Shown here piece after piece: positions 18,460-21,786 of a stretch of DNA of 21,786 nt. Position 1 is the stretch's first letter. Each line of letters starts with the position of its first letter. The stretch is from the NCBI GenBank assembly GCA_963662665.2, contig CAXXJS010000013.1:1-21786 (forward strand), given 5' to 3'. The stretch comes from Candidatus Latescibacterota bacterium. Its GTDB lineage: Bacteria > Latescibacterota > UBA2968 > GCA-2709665. The translations under genes were made by a program, and so were the position numbers. The notes below the pieces were generated by a model. The model did no database searches. It saw only the letters and a program-made list of their open reading frames with translations, and was not told where the DNA came from.

Positions 18460-20136
18460 TCAGGCCGGCGGCGTCCACGCCGGCGGGGCAATGCCCTCGA
18501 TGTGGGTCTTGACGTCGATCACGACGGGTTTTCCCGATGTAACCGCCTGGTCGAGGGCGCTCCCGAACTCGCCGGCCCGGCGAACCGTGATGCCAATGCA
18601 ATCCATCGATTCCGCCATTTTTGCAAAGTCGCCGTCCGTCATATGCCAGAGTTCGTCGGATCCCCGTTCCGGGCCTCCATAGACATCTTCATTGAGTTCC
18701 TTTTCCTGGTTCAGCGAATGGTTGTTGTTGACAACAATGACAACGGGAATGTCGTTTCGAACGGCGGTGTCCAGTTCCGTGACGTGGTACCAGATGCCGC
18801 CGTCGCCCGTAAAGCACACAACCGGGCGGTCCCCAGCGGCGCATCGCGCGCCCACGGCGGCGGGAATGCCCCAGCCCAGGGAACCGGAACATCTGATATA
18901 CGACTGACCCGGATGTTTGAGATCGATCATGGTGCCGGTCCAGATTCCGGAGTGGCCGGTATCGGAAACGAGAATGGCGTCGGAAGGAAGGTGTCGGGTC
19001 AGCTCCCGGCACAGTCGCTCGGGGCGAACGGGAACGTCGTTGGAGTTGACGAAGGGGGCCACGCTTTCGCGCCACTCCGAGGTGAGTTGACTGACGCGTG
19101 ACGTCCATTCATGGCGTGTGACGGATGCGGACGCGGCTTCGATCAGACGGGTCAACCCGGCCTTTGCGTCGGCCTGAATACCAAGCAGGATCGGATAGGA
19201 ACGTCCGATTTCGGCGGGGTTGATATCGAGTTGCATGACCGGTGTACCGGGCGGGGGGACGGTCCAGTCGTTCGTGACCTGTCCGCCGGTGTGACTCCCG
19301 ATAAAGAAAACCAGGTCGGCCTCGGAGACGGCGCGGTTGGCGCATTCGCGGGAGTACAGCCCGCAGACGCCCACGGCGAGCGGATGGTCGCAGGGGAATG
19401 TCTCTTTTGCGTTCAACGACGTCGCCACGGGAATCGAGAGTCTCTCCGCAAACGCCCGAAGCGCGGCGTCTGCGCCTGAGGCGACGATGCCGCCGCCGGC
19501 CACGATAACCGGTCGTTCCGCCGCCGCCAGCAGATCGACCGCCCTGCGGACGGCTTCGGGATCGGGTTCAGGCCGGAAGGGTGGCAGGTGGACGAAGGGT
19601 TCTTCAATGACCACGTCCATTTCGGCTTCGCCGTTCGCCACGACTTCCCCGATGAATCCCGCCATATCGACATGAGCCGGCCCGGGCGTTGCCGTGGTGG
19701 CTTCCCGGAAGGCCTGCCTGAGGAAATAGGGGAGTTGCTCCGGCCGGTCCACCAGAACGTTGTACTTGGTAACCGCATCGAACGGCGCCACGTGGTCCAC
19801 TTCCTGGTACGCGTGCCGGTGGCGGTTGATCTGCGTCTGTCGGCCGGTGATCGCAATAACCGGCGAACAGGCGAGATACGCGTCCTGAAGTCCGGCAGCG
19901 AGGTTGGCGGCGCCCACGGATTGCGCCATACAGATGCCTGCGCCCCGGCGGACGCGCGCGTAGGCATCCGCCATATATGCCGCGCTTTTTTCGCCATGCG
20001 TCATGATGCGCCTGATTCCCAGCCGTTCCATTTCCATCAGGGCGCGGGGCGCGATCACCGGCATGAAAAAGACGTGGGTGACACCGTATCCGTGAAACGT
20101 CTCGGCGATAAACCGGCCGCCGGTGAGGCGGGGCAT
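18460..20136 (-). CDS. Thiamine diphosphate-dependent enzyme (acetolactate synthase-like superfamily)
   Basis: HGEKSAAYMADAYAR (catalytic Glu), QSVGAANL, ERPVIVAGGG, GSLGWGIPAAVGA, GDGG...NN ThDP/Mg motif; ATG 20136 with upstream AGGAG. Confidence 0.92.
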   Translation of the reverse strand: MPRLTGGRFIAETFHGYGVTHVFFMPVIAPRALMEMERLGIRRIMTHGEKSAAYMADAYARVRRGAGICMAQSVGAANLAAGLQDAYLACSPVIAITGRQTQINRHRHAYQEVDHVAPFDAVTKYNVLVDRPEQLPYFLRQAFREATTATPGPAHVDMAGFIGEVVANGEAEMDVVIEEPFVHLPPFRPEPDPEAVRRAVDLLAAAERPVIVAGGGIVASGADAALRAFAERLSIPVATSLNAKETFPCDHPLAVGVCGLYSRECANRAVSEADLVFFIGSHTGGQVTNDWTVPPPGTPVMQLDINPAEIGRSYPILLGIQADAKAGLTRLIEAASASVTRHEWTSRVSQLTSEWRESVAPFVNSNDVPVRPERLCRELTRHLPSDAILVSDTGHSGIWTGTMIDLKHPGQSYIRCSGSLGWGIPAAVGARCAAGDRPVVCFTGDGGIWYHVTELDTAVRNDIPVVIVVNNNHSLNQEKELNEDVYGGPERGSDELWHMTDGDFAKMAESMDCIGITVRRAGEFGSALDQAVTSGKPVVIDVKTHIEGIAPPAWTPPA

Positions 20137-20459
20137 AAATCCGCTCCTATACAGTGATATGGCAGGTGCCTCGCGATGATCGGGGGTCACGGCCTATGCA
20201 TATTGCAGGCAGCGATTGTCGCGGTGCACTGATCGAAATCTAAGGTTAGCCACTTGAATATAAAAGAGAAAACGTGACGGCCTGGAAACTGGGAGACCGC
20301 TGCCGTCGCCGCCTCAGTTGCTGTCTGTTCCGGCCGGATTCCGCGGTCGCGTTCGTAGAGTTTGAACCCGGCGTTTCCGCTTGACTTTTCACACCTTGTG
20401 GGAGATTTTGGAACCGGTTGCGCTCTTGTTATTCGCGGCGCAAAGTTCAGGAGGACAGC

Positions 20460-21452
20460 GTGGATTTTTCTCTGTATTTGCCTATTGCAGGTACCAGTGT
20501 CAACCTGTGGATTCTGTTGGCATTGGGCACCGGTGTGGGCGTGCTTTCCGGTCTGTTCGGCGTGGGTGGCGGGTTTCTGCTGACGCCGCTGTTGATCATG
20601 ATAGGGATTCCGCCCACGATTGCCGCGGCATCCGATGCCAATCAGATCGTGGCGGCATCTGCATCCGGCGTCTACGCCCACTGGCGGCTGAAGAACGTCG
20701 ATTTGCGGATGGCACTCCTGCTGATTGTCGGTGGGTTCGCGGGTGGTACCGCCGGCGTGCAGGTTATCAAGGTGCTGCGGGACGTCGGCAGCGCGGATCT
20801 GGTCATACATATCAGCTACGTGCTCATGCTGGCGTCGGTGGGCGGCATTTTGTTTGCGGACGGGCTGTTGGGCATGCGCGCGGGGATCAGGATCCGGGCG
20901 GCAGACCGCGCCAGGGACGAATTGCGTATAACCTGGGCGCAACGCCCGCTTTCATGGGTCAACAGGATGGCCCGGGTGGCGTCCTGGTTCGTCGGCTTCA
21001 ACCGGGCACTTCCGTGGAGAATTCGGTTCGAGACGGCAGGAAGGACCATGTCGTTACTGGTGCCGCTGGGATTGGGCGTCGTGGTGGGTATGCTGGCGGC
21101 AATTATGGGTGTGGGCGGCGGTTTTATTATGGTGCCGACGATGTTGTACGTGCTGAAGATGCCCATGCCCGTCGTGGTAGGTACCAGCCTGTTGCAGGTG
21201 ATGTTCACCTGCATCAACGTGACCCTGATGCATGCGTATACCAACCACACGGTGGATTTCGTGCTGGCGCTGATGCTTCTTGCGGGGTCAACGCTGGGTA
21301 CGCAGGCGGGTGTGCGCATTGGAAGGCGGTTAGGGACGCAGCAGTTCAAAATGCTTCTGGCGGCGATTGTGCTCCTGGTGATGGGTAAAATGCTGGCGGA
21401 TCTTCTCTCGGAGCCCGCTATTCTGCTAACCGTCTGGGGAGGGCGCGGATGA
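20460..21452 (+). CDS. TauE/SafE (TSUP) family membrane transporter
   Basis: LYLPIAG, duplicated GLFGVGGGFLLTP / AIMGVGGGFIMVP, VVGTSL; GTG 20460 after AGGAGG. Confidence 0.92.
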   Translation: MDFSLYLPIAGTSVNLWILLALGTGVGVLSGLFGVGGGFLLTPLLIMIGIPPTIAAASDANQIVAASASGVYAHWRLKNVDLRMALLLIVGGFAGGTAGVQVIKVLRDVGSADLVIHISYVLMLASVGGILFADGLLGMRAGIRIRAADRARDELRITWAQRPLSWVNRMARVASWFVGFNRALPWRIRFETAGRTMSLLVPLGLGVVVGMLAAIMGVGGGFIMVPTMLYVLKMPMPVVVGTSLLQVMFTCINVTLMHAYTNHTVDFVLALMLLAGSTLGTQAGVRIGRRLGTQQFKMLLAAIVLLVMGKMLADLLSEPAILLTVWGGRG

Positions 21453-21786
21453 CGTTTCTGGTCTGGGCCGGGTTGTCCATGTCGCTTCTGTCCGCGCCAT
21501 GCGCCGCAGAACCGTCGTTGCAGCTCTTTCCTTCACGCACAGAGGTCGACATTTTTTTCCACGGCGCAAGGCTTGTCGCTACCGGGAGGGTTCCGAAAGA
21601 TTGCCGGATCGTTTTGAAACTGGAAGGGGAACGGCAAGCTGTCACGTATCGCAGAAAGGACAAACGCGGTCCTTTGTGGATCGGCACGGGCCGCGTTGTG
21701 TTCGACTCGCTGCCCAGCCTGTATTTGGTCGCGGCATCGAGCGATTCGGCGGACGTCGAGCGGCAACTGAAGACCATTGGAGAGGG
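21449..21786 (+). CDS. TIGR02186-family exported/membrane protein (3' truncated)
   Basis: ATGA overlap with the TSUP stop; open to the window end: signal-like MTFLVWAGLSMSLLSAPCAA then FFHGARL...YRRKDKRGPLWI...FDSLPSLYLVA. This family is the usual downstream partner of this TSUP subfamily. Not in the supplied ORF track. Confidence 0.8.
   Translation, partial: MTFLVWAGLSMSLLSAPCAAEPSLQLFPSRTEVDIFFHGARLVATGRVPKDCRIVLKLEGERQAVTYRRKDKRGPLWIGTGRVVFDSLPSLYLVAASSDSADVERQLKTIGE

Noticed and set aside
18460-20136. Calling the ThDP enzyme ilvB/ilvI or xsc
   Set aside because: Subfamily-diagnostic loops differ and the usual partner genes (ilvH/ilvC, pta) are absent.
20409-20423. Sigma54-like GG-N10-GC (TGGAACCGGTTGCGC) upstream of the TSUP gene
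   Set aside because: At correct spacing the -12 element reads GCGC rather than TTGC; too weak to call. TTGACT at 20381 also lacks a good -10.
20137-20459. TPP riboswitch, ncRNA or small ORF in the divergent spacer
   Set aside because: No CTGAGA / AGCGxAGGGA-like THI-box signature, no strong stem set; the 20187..20942 ORF is mostly an antisense shadow of the TSUP gene.
1-21786. CRISPR array, IS/transposase, prophage, tRNA/rRNA, defence system
   Set aside because: No regularly spaced repeats, mobile-element or phage motifs, or RNA-gene signatures were recognised; nearly all sequence is accounted for by intact metabolic genes.

Overview
GC-rich bacterial chromosomal window made up mostly of housekeeping and catabolic genes; I see no transposase, integrase, phage gene, CRISPR array, rRNA or tRNA. 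From left to right: the 3' part of a fused msrA-msrB gene and a bidirectional terminator; a long minus-strand run (SDR oxidoreductase, DUF2231 membrane protein, then a beta-oxidation cluster fadN-fadA-fadE-acyl-CoA ligase followed by an RlmB/TrmH methyltransferase and a nicotinamidase-like cysteine hydrolase); on the plus strand a UPF0182 membrane protein and a Gfo/Idh/MocA oxidoreductase; on the minus strand a ThDP-dependent enzyme, a PIG-L-fold metalloenzyme with altered catalytic motifs and an alanine/glycine:cation symporter; and a TauE/SafE + TIGR02186 pair running off the right end. I cannot demonstrate a new biological system. The best leads are (i) the ThDP enzyme / non-canonical PIG-L (GalB-like) enzyme / symporter trio as an uncharacterised catabolic module and (ii) orphan short repeats (REP-like hairpin, 8-mer and 7-mer arrays, a 10-bp direct repeat) in two intergenic spacers. 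All product calls come from motif recognition by eye, not database searches.
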